From the NCBI RefSeq assembly GCF_964204645.1, contig NC_134025.1, forward strand, positions 5,828,001-5,892,000: DNA of 64,000 bases, read 5' to 3'. The DNA comes from Tubulanus polymorphus. Its lineage: Eukaryota; Animalia; Nemertea. The translations under genes were made by a program, and so were the position numbers. This document shows, piece after piece, positions 1-15,000 of the stretch. Each line of letters starts with the position of its first letter. The first letter of the stretch is position 1. The notes beneath the pieces are model-generated. The model did not search any database, was not told the origin of the DNA, and was given only the letters and a program-made list of their open reading frames with translations.

Positions 1-3000
1 TTTGCTAGGCTTGAATTTACTGTGCAGTAAAAACCTTAAAATAGAAATTTTTAAGGGGAATTTATAGAAGTATTAACAACGAATCAGATATTGATACCAA
101 CAATAAATCAATGATCCTACCTGGCGCGCATGGTCCAGAAGGCCAATTGAGACCATCTCGTTCACAGTATTGTCCCGGTGGGCAACCAATACAGTCATTC
201 AGGTTGCGACCCATAGTGGCGTTGAGGTACGTCCCAGCTGGACATGGATACTGATAGGCACTCTGAGTGGCTTCAGGACAGTAATAACCTCCTGGGCAGG
301 GGAAATCAATATATGATGACAACCCTAAATAATAGAATGTTTGGTTCAACCTTGTGTTTCGAAGCAATTCAATAACAAACAAAATAAGTTATGAATCTAA
401 GACATTAATCATAAACATGAACATAATTATAAATGACACCATGAACTCAAAAAACAATGTTGAATAGTAACATAAACATGGAGATCAGTGACCAAACAAT
501 CTAATGATCATTATTTACTGAAATAATCAATACTTACAATATGAAGTTCCTTTTATTAGTTAAATGAGAAATTATCAGGGAAGATAAGACATTTATCTTT
601 CATATTGGTTAAATGATTAACTATTAACAGGGGAATGAAAGACAACTCACCGGTGGGACAATAATAGCCAGCTGGACATGGATGACACTGAGATAGACCA
701 GTTTCATTGCTGAAACTACCGGCACCACACTGAATCGGAACCGTGGATCCAACTGGACAGTAGTGTCCTTCTGGACATGTTCCTCCTTTACCAGTCTGTC
801 CTCCTTAAAGTGGAAAATTGAAACATAACCCACAGGTAATCATTGATGATTGAATTATTTATTGTCATGCAAATTCATTAAATTGAGACGAACCTGATGT
901 GTCACATGATCCATTACCAGTTGGTTTCATTCTATCTATACCATAGTTACAGTAATGTCCTGCAGCACAGAGTCCTTTAGGATTAACCAATCCATCAACA
1001 TCGCAGTAATGACCACCAGGGCATGGAGAACATTGTGATGAATCAGCAAGCCCAGTTATATTGTTATGTGTCCCTCGAGGACATGGCTGCCAATTGATAC
1101 CAGTACCATCAGGACAATAGTGACCTTCTGGACATTCTTGAACCAATGTGCCAAGAATACAGTACCTGATTGTATGACAAAACCAAATCATTGTTGATAG
1201 CAGAAATACATATGAACGTTTTACCATATGATCCCAAAATATTGATGTGGCTTACCATCCAGCTGGGCATATGTAGCATGAAGAACCCATTGTATGATTC
1301 ATGTAAGTACCATTAGCGCATGGTACTGGCTGTGGAGAGTTGATCGGGCAATAATGTCCCTCTATACAGGGAAAATCAGCAGGTTGGGATGTATTCTGAC
1401 CTCCCGGACAATAGAAACCAGCAGCACATGGTCCAGATGTTTGATTTAAACCTTCATGACCACAATAATCGCCTGGTGTACATTGTGTACATTGCTCACT
1501 GCTATTCAATCCATGATAAGGATTGAATGATCCCTAAAATTGCATAAACATTGCAATGAACTTTGAAACATCCAACAAAGATTTGTACTGTACAAGCTTA
1601 AAAAATATTCTCTTAATTTCTAACATGCCATATACCTGAGGACAGCGTTCAGGAAAAGCACTCTGAATGGGGCAATAACTCCCTGGTGGACAAATAGCAT
1701 TTCTCCTAGATTTGGATCCTACGCTGCAAAAATATCCCGCATAACAGAGTCCTAAAAAGAAAAGAAAAGCTTAACGAACCCTGAACTTAAGCAAAACCAA
1801 ACTTAAGAAATCTGTTGTTAGTTTTACCTTCATTATCAAGAAGTCCAGACTGTTCGCAGTACTTTCCAGCTTCACAAGGAGTACATTCAGATTGATTTCT
1901 CAATCCTTCCCGGCCACCATATGTTCCTGGTGGGCATCCTACTGGCTCTGTGGTACCCTCCACACAATAAGATCCTAGATAATCAAATCAACATTGTAAC
2001 CATACATGTATTCTTTAATTACACAAAATCTACATTTGATTATTACTTACCTTGTGGACAAATATTAGCATCTTCACTTTGATTGGGTGATGATGACATG
2101 GCAAAACGTCTGCAGTAATAACCAGCCATGCAAGGGCCGGTGGGTGAAGTCTTTCCGATTTCTCCACAGAATTCTCCACCCGAACACGGGCTGCAATCTG
2201 AACTTGAATTATAACCAATGGCATTTCCATACGTTCCAAGAGGGCAGCCAAACTGGTCACTCCTTTCAGTACCTAAATAAAGATATAGCATCATATGAAG
2301 CACAACTGATGTCATCCTAGCGGGCACATTTGCACCTATGCATATCATATCGAAATAATTCCATCAACTTACCACGAGGACAGTAATATCCAGCTGGACA
2401 TTTAATTGTATCATTCAACACAACTATACCATTGCTATTATCACAGAAATATCCGCCAGGGCAAGTCAGACATTGCCATTCTCCTGGTTGGTCCTGATAC
2501 TGTCCACTAGGGCATATGATTGGCTGCACACTACGTTCAGGACAGAAATGACCAACTAAACATGGATTGGCAGCTGCTGTTCTCTCATTAGTAGGACAGT
2601 AGAAGCCTTGAGTGCAGTTTCCTAGAATATGTTAACAAGAAATGCAATGCTAAAATATTTTTGGTTTATGTATTCTTCGAGTAAGTTGCTTTTACAGTGC
2701 ACTGGTATGTTTATGAGTACCGGTAACTATTTTCACCAACCTGTAGTAGTTGTAAGATTATATTCTTGACAATACTCTCCTCCAGTACATGGCAAACAAT
2801 CTGATGCATTCTGGTTTCCAATCGTTGGACTGAATGTGCCAGGGCCACACGACAGTGGCCACGATGACCCTTCTGGACAGTAGTAACCTGCTGGACATAT
2901 ATCGCCAGTCGAACCATCTGTAGGCTTGGATAATATTGCCCGAGATGTACAGTAATACCCTGCAGAGCAAGAACCTGTTGGCACCGCTAGACCATCGAAC

Positions 3001-6000
3001 TGACAGAACTGACCACCAGGACATGGCAAAGGATCTGCTGAACCTAGAAATAGGCAAACGGTACATAGTTCTCATGATATACATACATGTACTTTCTGAG
3101 GTTTGGAGAATGAAATGAAATATTGGGATAAAATTTGAAATTTAAACTGATTTGTATAAATACCTTCAGGACAGAAATATCCTGGTTGACATTTTCCACC
3201 ATTCACAGTATCATTTGCCATAGTAGCACCACTTGGACAATACCATCCAGCGGAACAGTTACCAGTTGGCTGTGAATTACCATTACCTTCACAATACTGA
3301 CCACCAGAACATGATTCACAATCAGATAAGGATGTTCCAGTTGTCTTTTGATTAAATTTACCAGGTGGACATTTGTATTCGGTAGAATATGTTGTACCAT
3401 TCAAGCAGTAGTGACCTATGAAAAATAAAAAAAATTGAATTATTCCTTGCCATTCCTTTGATGATTTGTAGCACAAACAGATGAAGCTCACGCACCTGGT
3501 GGACAAGGTGTGCTGATAAACTCTGTAGAATTTGTTAAACAGTAATAACCAGCAGGGCATTCTAAGCATTCAGCCATTCCCAATCTATCGGCATAAGTTC
3601 CTGCAGCGCAAGGCAGGGGAAGTATTGTTCCCTGAGGACAATGATTTCCAAGTGGACACACACCTCCTAAACCTCGGAAATAAGATTGGGAAGGGCATGA
3701 CGAGTCATTGATTGAGCTGTTAGTTCGAGCAGGTTCAGGACGATCAACTCCAGAGATACAATAAAATCCTGAAATAACAATATTTCATTTTCAATTTCAG
3801 CTAAGCAAAACATTGACCATGCCAAGCATTTTGAAAGGTGATCAATGATGTTTGTCCATCAATCAAACCTTCAAGATACCGTAACTAACCTGCTGCACAT
3901 TCTCCTGATGGTGTTGTAAGATGTTCTCCTTGACAGTATGAACCCCCAGTACATGGTAAACACTGGGATACGTCTGAGATACCTTCCTGACTACTGTATG
4001 TGCCAGCAGGACAAGATTGCCAGTTAATTCCAGTACCTGAAAGTCAAAAACCCAATAGAATAAGCTATAAAGACTATTTCAAATATCAGCTAATCGCTGC
4101 TAATGCTTCTACGGTACATACCTTGAGGACAGAAGTATCCAGCTGGACAAGGCTGACTTCCCAATGAGGCATTGTGAGGCTGAACTGGTGAACAGTAGAA
4201 TCCTGCCGGACAGACATCGCAAACAGCTTGACCAGATGTGTTTGTGTGATATCCAGGTAAACATTCCTTTAATAAAAGTAAAATATCATCACACACAAAT
4301 AACACAGAAAATGCATATGCATATAAGATACCAGTACATATAGTCACCTTATATATTTCACTGCCATTTGGACAATAAACACCAACTGGACAAAGATGTT
4401 GAGCTGGATTTGGAACTGATATTCTAGTTGGACAATAGTAGCCTCCCCAACATTCATGACTAACAGATGTCATTCCTAGAGTAGATAACAGTTGAATCGT
4501 AATAAGCAATTTGTAAAATGTATAACCAAACTTTAGATACGGTAACTTTGCAACAATTTTTCTACCTGAATTAGGACAGTAAAATCCGCCAGAACAATTT
4601 GAGCACTGAGATTCCATCTGTAGACCAGGCGTACTTGACCATGTACCTGGCGGGCAGGGTGTAGGCTGAGCACTGCCTTCAGGACAATAGGAGCCAGGTG
4701 TACACTGAGTATCAGTAGCCGTACTAGCTCCTCCTGAGCAGAAATATCCAGCTGAACAGGGTGGTCCAGGATCAGTCATATTCCAGTTCGGGCAGTGATA
4801 TCCAGCGGTACAATTCTGACATTCACTAAGAATCTCACGTCCAGTTGCATTATTGTATGTACCCGGTGGGCAGGCCGTCGGTAAAGCTGAACCGGATGGA
4901 CAATAATTTCCAATTGGGCAAATATCTGCATCTTCATCAAAAAGTGGAGTAGAGCTATTCGAACCAGATTTACAGAAATAACCTAGAAAAATAATTCATG
5001 AGAGGTATGGAGGAAGCTGTAGAAATTATGGCACTGAAAATCAATGTTCTGATATACAAAGTATATGTACCCGCTCTGCATGGTCCTGTTGGTAAAGCTA
5101 AACCAGGTGTTTCACAGTATTCGCCTGCAGCACAAGGCAAACAGTCACTAAGTTGTGCGCGATGCGATATGTTATTGTATGTTCCAGGAGGGCACGGGAA
5201 TTCTGTTGAATATTTCGTACTCTCCGGACAATAAAATCCTGTCAGAAAAAAATTGTAGAAAATATTTGAAGAAACAATGACATCTGAACAGAATCAAACA
5301 AAACGAATCAATTCCAACGATTTTTAAAATCACCAACCTTCAGGGCACGCTGTGTTGTTATATAGCACAACAGGATCCATAGTATTGTCGCAGTAATATC
5401 CCAGAGGACAGTTCTTACACGATGCTTGTCCTACTTCATCTTGATATGATCCAGATAAACAACGCAATGGTTGTGAACTTCCAGCCGGACAATAATGACC
5501 TGAATGTGTTTCATTGCAAATTAAGTTAATTGGGCCCAAAAGAAGGAAGGGTGCTAAACATGGCAATTGAATCCGTTACCGATATTGATATTAATCATAC
5601 CTAATGAACAGTTGTATTCTGAAGGATTTGGACTAGCTTGCCCACCGGGGCAATAATAACCAGCACTACAGAGACCAGTTGGTACACCATTTAGAGATCC
5701 TGCACAGTAAGAGCCTGGCAAACACGGCTCACAATCCAGTAGTCCTTTATTACCGGTTGAGTTTACAAAGGTTCCAGGTCCACATGGCCGAGCTGATGCG
5801 CTGGCTAGCGGGCAGAATGTTCCAACCGGACAGATATCACCTGAAATTCATGTATTGATTTGTAGTTAACTCAATGTAAAGATACCGGTATCTACATTCA
5901 AATAATGTCATTTTTAATGCTTCTATACAACTTACCTGTAATATTTCCATCACGAGGATTGGGAATTTTAGCTCCAGACCTACAATAATATCCGCTATCA

Positions 6001-9000
6001 CACACTCCAGAAACCTTAGATAGGTAATCACTTGCACAATACAAGCCCGGTGTACATGGAGTTGGATGAGAAGAGCCGACAGGACAGAACGTTCCCGCCA
6101 AACAATAGCTTCCCCACGTTTTGTTAACTGGATTGCTCGATGTTGCTCCGGTCGTACAGTAATATCCCCCATCACACGGGCCAGTTGGTGCATCTAATGC
6201 TGCCCTATCACAATAATAACCCCCTGAAAATAATAACAGCAGAAAGGATTTTGATTTTGACCATTTTGAGAAATTCCCAATGTCAAATGATCACTTAAAG
6301 AGATTCCTTACTAATCAGCTATTGAATACAACTAGTACAAACCTGGACAATCGAGACAATCATGAGGAGCAGTACGCATAGTGAGATTGTTGTACGTTCC
6401 AGCAGGGCATGGATTTTGATTGATCGATTTTGTGTTCAAGGGACAGTAGTATCCAGGAGGACATTCATAAGGAGTATAGCTACTGCTTCCTGATGGGCAA
6501 TAATAACCTATACAATGAAAATAGAGCGATTACCACAGATCATTAAATCATAGCTAACATTCAATTCAATTTTGGATTTTTAACTAATATACTTTACCTG
6601 CAGGGCAATCTTTGCAAGCAGCTAAACCCTGTACATCGGCATAGGAACCATTTTCGCATGGTATGGGATTGGTGCTTGCCAAACCACCGGGACAATAATG
6701 CCCGATTGGGCAAATTCCACCATAGCCACGTTGGTTATAATTATAACATGTGCTATTATAGGGCAGAGATGTATCATTCCCTGGTGGATAATTGCGATCG
6801 ACACCATATGCACACCAGTGACCAGGGGCACAGTCTCCTGAGAACAGAATGAAAACAGTGCAAGGAAAAGTGTCATCTGTGATTGCATAAGTGAATTATT
6901 CATTTCATTCTAATATTGGATATCTTGGATTTGTAGCTATAAAGAATACCTGCAGGATTTGCAAGATGTTCGGAGTCACAGTATTTTCCAGCGGGGCATG
7001 GTTTACACTGACTAACATCAGATAATTCAAGCTGGTCGCTGTAAGTACCACGTGGGCAGGATTTCCAGTCTTTTCCAGTACCGCTAGGACAATAATACCC
7101 GGCCGGACAACTAACAGATTGACCTTGATATATACAATAGAATCCAGCTGGACAATCGTAGCACATAGGGGCATGAGTATGATTCACCTAGAAAAATATG
7201 TCAAAATATTAATAATATTAGAAAATATGAAAGGTACTTTAGCAGGTCTCATCTCCGGAAAAAAATTACTCACATGACTGTTATTTCTACAAGGTATAGG
7301 CTGAGCAGTGCCTCCTGGGCAGAAGAAACCGATAGGGCAGTATGTTGAGGGTGGATCCTTTCGAGCAGACCCTTCAGGGCAGTAATATCCTGGATCACAA
7401 AATCCAGTAGGTTGCGTCAAGCCTGGCGTAGCACAATAACTTCCACCCGGACATAGAAGACAGTCAGTTACATTTTTCAATCCTGTTTCATTCGACCAAC
7501 GTCCTGTAAATATTAAGAAGAAAATTTAAAAAGCGTATGTAATAACAAAATCAACAAATCAACAAAATATTCTTTCAGGTATACCTTCAGGACAAGGAGT
7601 AGGCAAAAAAGTGCCCTCCTTACAGTATGATCCTTCAGGACAGATGATAAAATCTGGCTTAGTGGCTTGTATGGGACAGTAATAACCTTCCAAGCATAAT
7701 CCACTGGGTGCTGTCAGATTCATTTCTCCACAATAATAACCTGAGAAGAGAATGAAAACGAATTATCAAATAGCAATATACGCATGATCTTGAAAACACT
7801 GGATAAAAGAATTTTGACTGACCTTGTGTACAATTCAAACATTGATCAACACTCGTTAATCGAACATTACTAGAAAACGTTCCTATTGGGCATTTCTGAG
7901 GTTCACTAGACATTTCTGGACAGTAAAATCCGGCTGGACATTCATTAGCATCAGCACCTTGTGTTGGGGTGCCACTCTGTGCACCGCCTCGACAGTAAAA
8001 CCTGAAGATTGAAAAGCACAGTATAAGTTCATGTCAAATAACTGACAAATTTTCAGTTGTTTTATCTTACCCAGCATTGCATAATTTCCAGTAGGTAGTT
8101 TGAGCTACCTGATCACAGAAAAATCCTCCTGGACATTGAAGACAATCAGTGACAGCATGAAGACCTGTATAGTTACTGTATGTACCAGCCGGGCATCCAT
8201 ATTCAGTAGCAAACTTTGTACCATTCGGACAATAATGACCTTAAAAGCAGGAAAAATCTTAATGCTGTGCAATGGAGGGTTGATAGAAGCAGCAAAATGA
8301 AGTAGGAGTCTCAATCTTACCCTCCGGGCAAATGGTATCATTGTAAAGAACAACAGGATTCATTGTATTGTCACAATAGTATCCTGATGGGCATAATTTA
8401 CATGTGCTTTTTGCTGTTTCATCTTGATAATACCCAGACGAACAACGGATTGCTTCATAACTACCAACTGCACAGTAGTGACCTATAAGAATGTGGGGTA
8501 CCATGCATAAGGTGAACCATGTAATGTGTAATGTGTAAAACACTGGTTTCTTACCAAATCAAGTGATATACATGCGTGACTATAAAATTACTGACACAAA
8601 CATACATTTCTTGCGCAGTGCTGACAAAAATGTGACTTGAATTGAGTCTAAAAGGTTTCTAAAATTTTACGTAATTACCTTGAGGGCATGGATGATCATT
8701 TGGACTGGACACATTCATTCCGGGTGGACAGAAATATCCAGCATCGCAAGGTCCAGTGGGATTGATATTTCCAAAGCCGGAACAGTAATTTCCCTGCGTA
8801 CATTCTAAACAGTCGGACTCATTTCTGCCACCAGTCACATTCAAGAATGTTCCGGGCGGACATAAAGTTCCACTGGCGCTTCCTTCAGGGCAGTATCTAC
8901 CCTTCGGACAAAGATTTCCTTAAAGATTCAAATAAATCTCAATAACACCTGAACGCAGAGTCAAAATTAGAATGAAGATTAGACCAGACTAGCTAATTTT

Positions 9001-12000
9001 ATTTTTACATATATGTAACCAATTGAAACTGGTCATAGAGTTGGTCACTTTCTAGGCTTAACTAGAAACAGGATAAAACCATGGATTTGACATAAATCCC
9101 ATTTATTGATACTATATGAAACATGCGATAGTAAATTAAGATTACCTTGTACATTGTCAGTAGGTGTTGCGGTAAGTGACCCGAGGTTACAATAATATCC
9201 AGCATTACAGTAACCAGATGTAGAATACAACTGTGATCGGGAGCAATAATGTCCAGGTGTACATTTGATTTGATCTGAACTCCCTTCTGGGCAGAAATAA
9301 CCAGGCTGGCATTCACTGCCTTGACTGACTACACTCGGCTGTGAGACAACAGCTCCACCTATGCAGTAATACCCAGCGGAACAAGGACCAGATGGACTAG
9401 TTAAGCCTGGCATTTCACAATACGACCTTCAAAGAGATAGACAAATAGATCTTACTACTTTACCTAAATACACAACAATCACTAAATGTTAAACTAAATA
9501 AACATCTGCAATGCAAAACTTACCCCGGCGAGCAATCTTTACAGAAAGTATCGTCTAATGCACCAGTGATATTGTTAAATTTTCCAGCTGGGCAAGGATG
9601 CTGATCAGCTCTTTCCGTTCGTTCTAAACAGAAATGACCTCCTGGGCATGGAAATGGCTCAGCGGTACCCAGGGGACAATATGCACCTGGAGGACAGTAC
9701 TGACATTCCTTTTGACCAGTTCTATTCTGATAAAAGCCCATGGCGCATGCTAAGGGTACTGCCGTTTGTGGTGGGCAATAAAAACCTGAAAAGTTTTCAT
9801 AGTATTTCATGATTAATTATAGACATTTAAATCAATCCCTTATGAATGTTACAATAAATACCAATTTAATACCTTTTGGACAGATATCTCCATATGATTT
9901 GTTCAAAGGTGTAGCTTCAATTGAGCCACCGCTGCAGAAATATCCTTCACTACAATCAAATGAAGTGACAACACCATCCTTTTTAACATCACTGGTATCA
10001 GTCATATTCGTGTAAGGACAATATTTTCCACCAGGGCAATCAGTGCAGTTATTGATGTCCCCATATCCCCGTGAAAATCTGAAATAATTATTGTAATTTT
10101 TTAATATTCTACTTAAACATGTCTGTATTGGATCTAAAGATTATACTAAATATTGTCAAACTCACCCGAATGTGCCCATTGGACAAGGTATTGGAGCCAC
10201 ACTGCTTAAAGGACAGTAATAACCACGAGGACAGATGCCATAATTATCGTTATCCGTATTAGGAGGCATTGGGCTAACAGCTAATGTTTTGGCCCAATAT
10301 CCAGGAGAAATAGGACCAGTCACATTCCCCTGCCCTAGAAATATAACAAAAGAGAATCATAGGTAAGTAGGCGAATAAATGAAAATCTTTTTGTCCCTTC
10401 AAAGTAATGATGACTTTTGCCTAATAAACATACCAGTCGTTGAACAATAATATCCACCATCACAATCAGAACAATCTGAAATTATCACTAATCCAGAACG
10501 TGGACCGTACGTTCCGATAGGACACGCTTTAGGGAACTTAAGTGGAATCAGATCGGTACTAGCTGGACAATAATAGCCTGAAAGATAAACACATGTAAAA
10601 GTGGAATAATCTAAGATCAATGTTTGAAATTATGAAATGTAAAAGATGTTTTTAATTACCTTGTGGACATAACAAAGGTTCTTGTCCAACATAGCAGACA
10701 TAACCTCCGGGACATAGTTCACATTTAACCATTCCAGTGGAGTTAGCGTGGTATCCAGCTAGGCAGTCCCTCGGCTGATTACCAGCCTCGCAGTATTTGA
10801 AACGAGGACAAATATCGCCAGTTGAATTCAATGGATTAGGAACGACGGATCCTTCTGTACAGTAGTATCCAGGATCACATATACCTATTATTTGATATAA
10901 CATGGAAAATTAGTGAAAACATTTATTTTTTCACTCAGTGCTGCTGCATGTCTATTTCATTCAGGAATGACCACTCTGTATTTTCAGTTCGTAAGACATA
11001 GTTATACCTGTTGGGGAAACAAGTCCAGTGGTGTTACAATAATGTCCGGATAAACATGGCTGACACGCCGAGCTTTCAGATACTCCTCGGTAGTTAGGGT
11101 TGAATGTACCACGAGGGCAAGGAACCATAGACGTTGTTCCTGAAGGGCAGTAGTAACCAGGCTGACACTGATCACCCCAAAGTATGATAATTTTGTCGCC
11201 TGTAGTATCATTGTTATAGATTGGATCATCATGAAGAGCGCTTCCATAACAAATATGACCAGCTTTACAATCTCCAGTAGGTTGCGTAGCACCTTTACTC
11301 TGACAATACATTCCTGGTGGACAAGGGGCACAAGAATCATTTGACTTAGCGTGTGTTCTGAAATAAAGACAACAAATTATGTGAATTTCATAAAAATCTG
11401 TTTCTTTCATCTTCATGTAATGAATAAAATTAACTCACTCATTCGAGAATGTTCCTTCAGGACAATCCAGCGGAACATAGCTACCATTGACACAGAATTT
11501 TCCAGCTGGGCAGGCAACACGGTCCGTCATATTTTTTTCTGGACAATAGAATCCAGGGTCACAGACGAGACACTCTGATGCACGATCATAAGGCATATAC
11601 GTAGCAATTGAACATTCAGTTGGAGATATAGATCCATTTCCAGAAAATGAACCTGAATCAAAAATCATTTTTTCGAAAATTCAAGATTTAAAACAATGAG
11701 AAAGTTAAATGTGAATGAATGCAGTAGCACATCAGCATACCTGGTGGTGTGACATGTTGTCTTGGTGTTTTGGCTCCACCAGTGCAGTAATATCCACCCC
11801 AACAAAGGCCAGTAGGTTCCCCTCCAGCAACAGCTGAACAATAATAACCTGCATCACATTCAAAACAATCGTAGTGGTTCACTGCTCCAGATACATTACT
11901 ATAGGTACCAGGTGGACATGGCTTAGCTTCATAAGATCCTGTAAATTTCAATCAAATTCATGTTAATTATTTATCAATAAACAAGATATTCAATACATTT

Positions 12001-15000
12001 TTCTTGATAAAGAAAACCTGGTAATAACTTACCAAGAGTACAGTAACCACCAGCAGGACAAACAGCTCCGGTGACACCATCTGTGGGACCAGATGTCATC
12101 GCTCCAAGGACGCAAATAAATCCTGGATCACATGGAGCTCGGGGGGTCAGCAAACCAGGAGTATCACAGTACCATCCTGGGGTACATAGTGGGCATTCTT
12201 CAAGTTTTTCTAATCCTGTTCAAAAATGCACAATACGTCATATCTGCCCATTTGGAAATCATTAAAACATAAGATAGGCTTTTAGATATAAATGTATGTT
12301 GAATGATGGCTCTACTCACTTGACACATTTCCATAACGACCCATCGGGCAAGGAGTGGGTTGTGATGCACCGGTAGGACAGTAAGATCCTCGGGGGCAAT
12401 CTATAGGTTGATTGGTACCTTGTGGACAATACGAACGACTGGGACAAGTTTCACAATCAGATACTGCCTGTGTTCCAGTCACATTTGTATATGTTCCATC
12501 AGGACAAGCGACCTTAAAAAAAATACATTCAGTTAGATAGCTACATGCATAGTCTATAAAAGAACGAATAAATATGATAAATACCATCAAAGGTTTGATT
12601 GTACAATGTACGTACCTGGCGTGGACCATAGGAACCAATTTGTGGAGGAGAGCTTCCATAGACATTTGAAAACGGACTTGGACAGTAGAAACCTTGATCG
12701 CATGGCCCGGATACGACAAACACACCTTCAACACAGTATGATCCAGCAGGACACGGGAGACAGTCAGTTACTGCTGATTTTCCTACTAATTCATTAATCG
12801 TACCAACAGGACAGTTCAATTCCGCAACAGTGGCTACAATTAGAAATGAGAATCATAAAAATGTGCCAGGGGTGTGGATATAAAAACATGACTGTCCTCC
12901 ATTAACAACATTGAAAAAGTTTTAGATCTTTTATACCTTCAGGACAGTATTTCCCTTTTGAACAATCCGTAGCTTGAGAAAGAGCTGATAACCTTCCAGC
13001 ACAGTATTTTCCAGGTGGACATCTTTTTGTAGATTTCATCGCAGTTTCTCCAGTTGCATCATCATCGCAGTAATATCCCGGTGGGCAATCCAAGCACTCA
13101 TATTGACCTAGCTTTGAATATTTTCCTTTCCCGCATGCTGATGGATATACTGTTCCCTTCGTGCAGAAATATCCTTCTGTGCATGGCAAACACTCAAACT
13201 GTCTTTTCGCTGGATCTCCGGGACCGATCAGCGAACCATTCGTTGCAACACCATATGGCATATACGTTCCCGCAGCGCATTCTACAGGACTTGGCACTGC
13301 GTATTCACAATAATTTCCTACAAAAAACAATTGTTAGAACAATAAGGAACAACGTTAACGCCAGTTTATAGAATTAAAACTCAAAAAAATAATTGATCAA
13401 TATACCCTTTTACTAACCTTGAGTACACTGTTTACATTGATCTTGACGCTGAATACCGAGTACATCATTATATGTGCCATTCTGGCAGCCGAATTGAGTG
13501 GGAAATTTTGTACTTTGGGGGCAATAGTGACCACGGGGACACAGTCCACTTTCAGCAGGCTGGCCACCTAAATGAACCATATATGTATGAAGTTAATTGA
13601 ACAATACACTTTATTCATTAGGTTTACTATTGACACGAGTATCTTGATAATTTACCTAAACAGTAATAGTTCGCAGTACACGGTGTACATTCAGATGCAT
13701 CAGTTAGGCTAGACGAAGGTGTGAATGATCCAGCTGGACAAGGATAACGATCTGGAGCTGGAGTCTGTAAAGGACAATAATGACCAGGGGCACATGGCTG
13801 TGGTGTCGGCGGAACTGTTACACCTAGAAATAAATTTTCACAAAGTTACAAGATACCGAAGAAATAGGAAAATTGACGAGATATGAAATGAAGGTACCGG
13901 TAAATAGCTAACCTGTTCCCCAGCTACAATATTTCCCCTTTGGACAAGGGTCACACTCATCAGCTGATGTCAAATTCGTGTTGCCAGTTAATGTGCCTGG
14001 TAAACACGGCTTCTCATCCGGTGTTATTGTTCCTTTCGGACAGTAATGACCTTCATTGCAAGGTGTCGTCACTTCCCACTGTCCCGCTACAGGACACGCA
14101 AATCCAGCATCACACGATCGACAGTTCAATTCATGTCCAGACTTTGTATCCGGATTGTACGTTCCTGGTGGACACGGTATAGGTGAAACTGATGGCTTAG
14201 ACTTGGTGCCCGCCGGGCAATAATGACCTCGCGTACAATCCAAACAGTCAGATGACTCTGTTCAGGATAAACATAAGAATATTACATAGATACACAATAC
14301 AGAATATTCCATGTAATCCACAAAAGTTTAGACAATACAACTTACTAGTGATTCCTTGGGTACTGCTGTACGTTCCAATAGGGCATGCATTTATTGTTCC
14401 TGAACCTTGATTTTGTCCACACCAGAATCCAGCTGGACAGTCATTATTTGTACCAGATGAACCACTTGGACAGAATTTGCCTTCTGGACATGATAAACAG
14501 TCACCTTCAACAGTTGCCATTTCGTTTGGATTGTAAGATCCAGCTGGACACGGAAAGGCTGTTCCCGATGGTGTTCCCGCTAAACAAAAGTATCCTTTTG
14601 GACACTTATTAGGCAAATATTCATATGATGCAGGACCAGGACAGAAGTAACCTATGTTTTGATAAATGAAAATGGAAAATATCAATTGTTAAAAGACCAT
14701 TTCTTTGAAGAATATGGTATAAAATCCTATCTTCAAAAATATCAGTTAAACATAAAAACAAAATCTTATTTGTATACAAAGACTATTGGTATCAATTTTT
14801 CAATTACCTGCGGGACAAGTAGTACATGAAGAACCACTGGTTGAGCCATTTCTTGGATTATATGTTCCAGCAGGGCATGCGTGGAAATCTTTACCATCAC
14901 ACCAACCGCCCTTATCACATATAAAGGCTGCAGGGGTGCTGGTCGTCGAAGCTGATGGACAACGATAACCTTTTTCACATGGTGCGCAAGCCTGCGCTCG

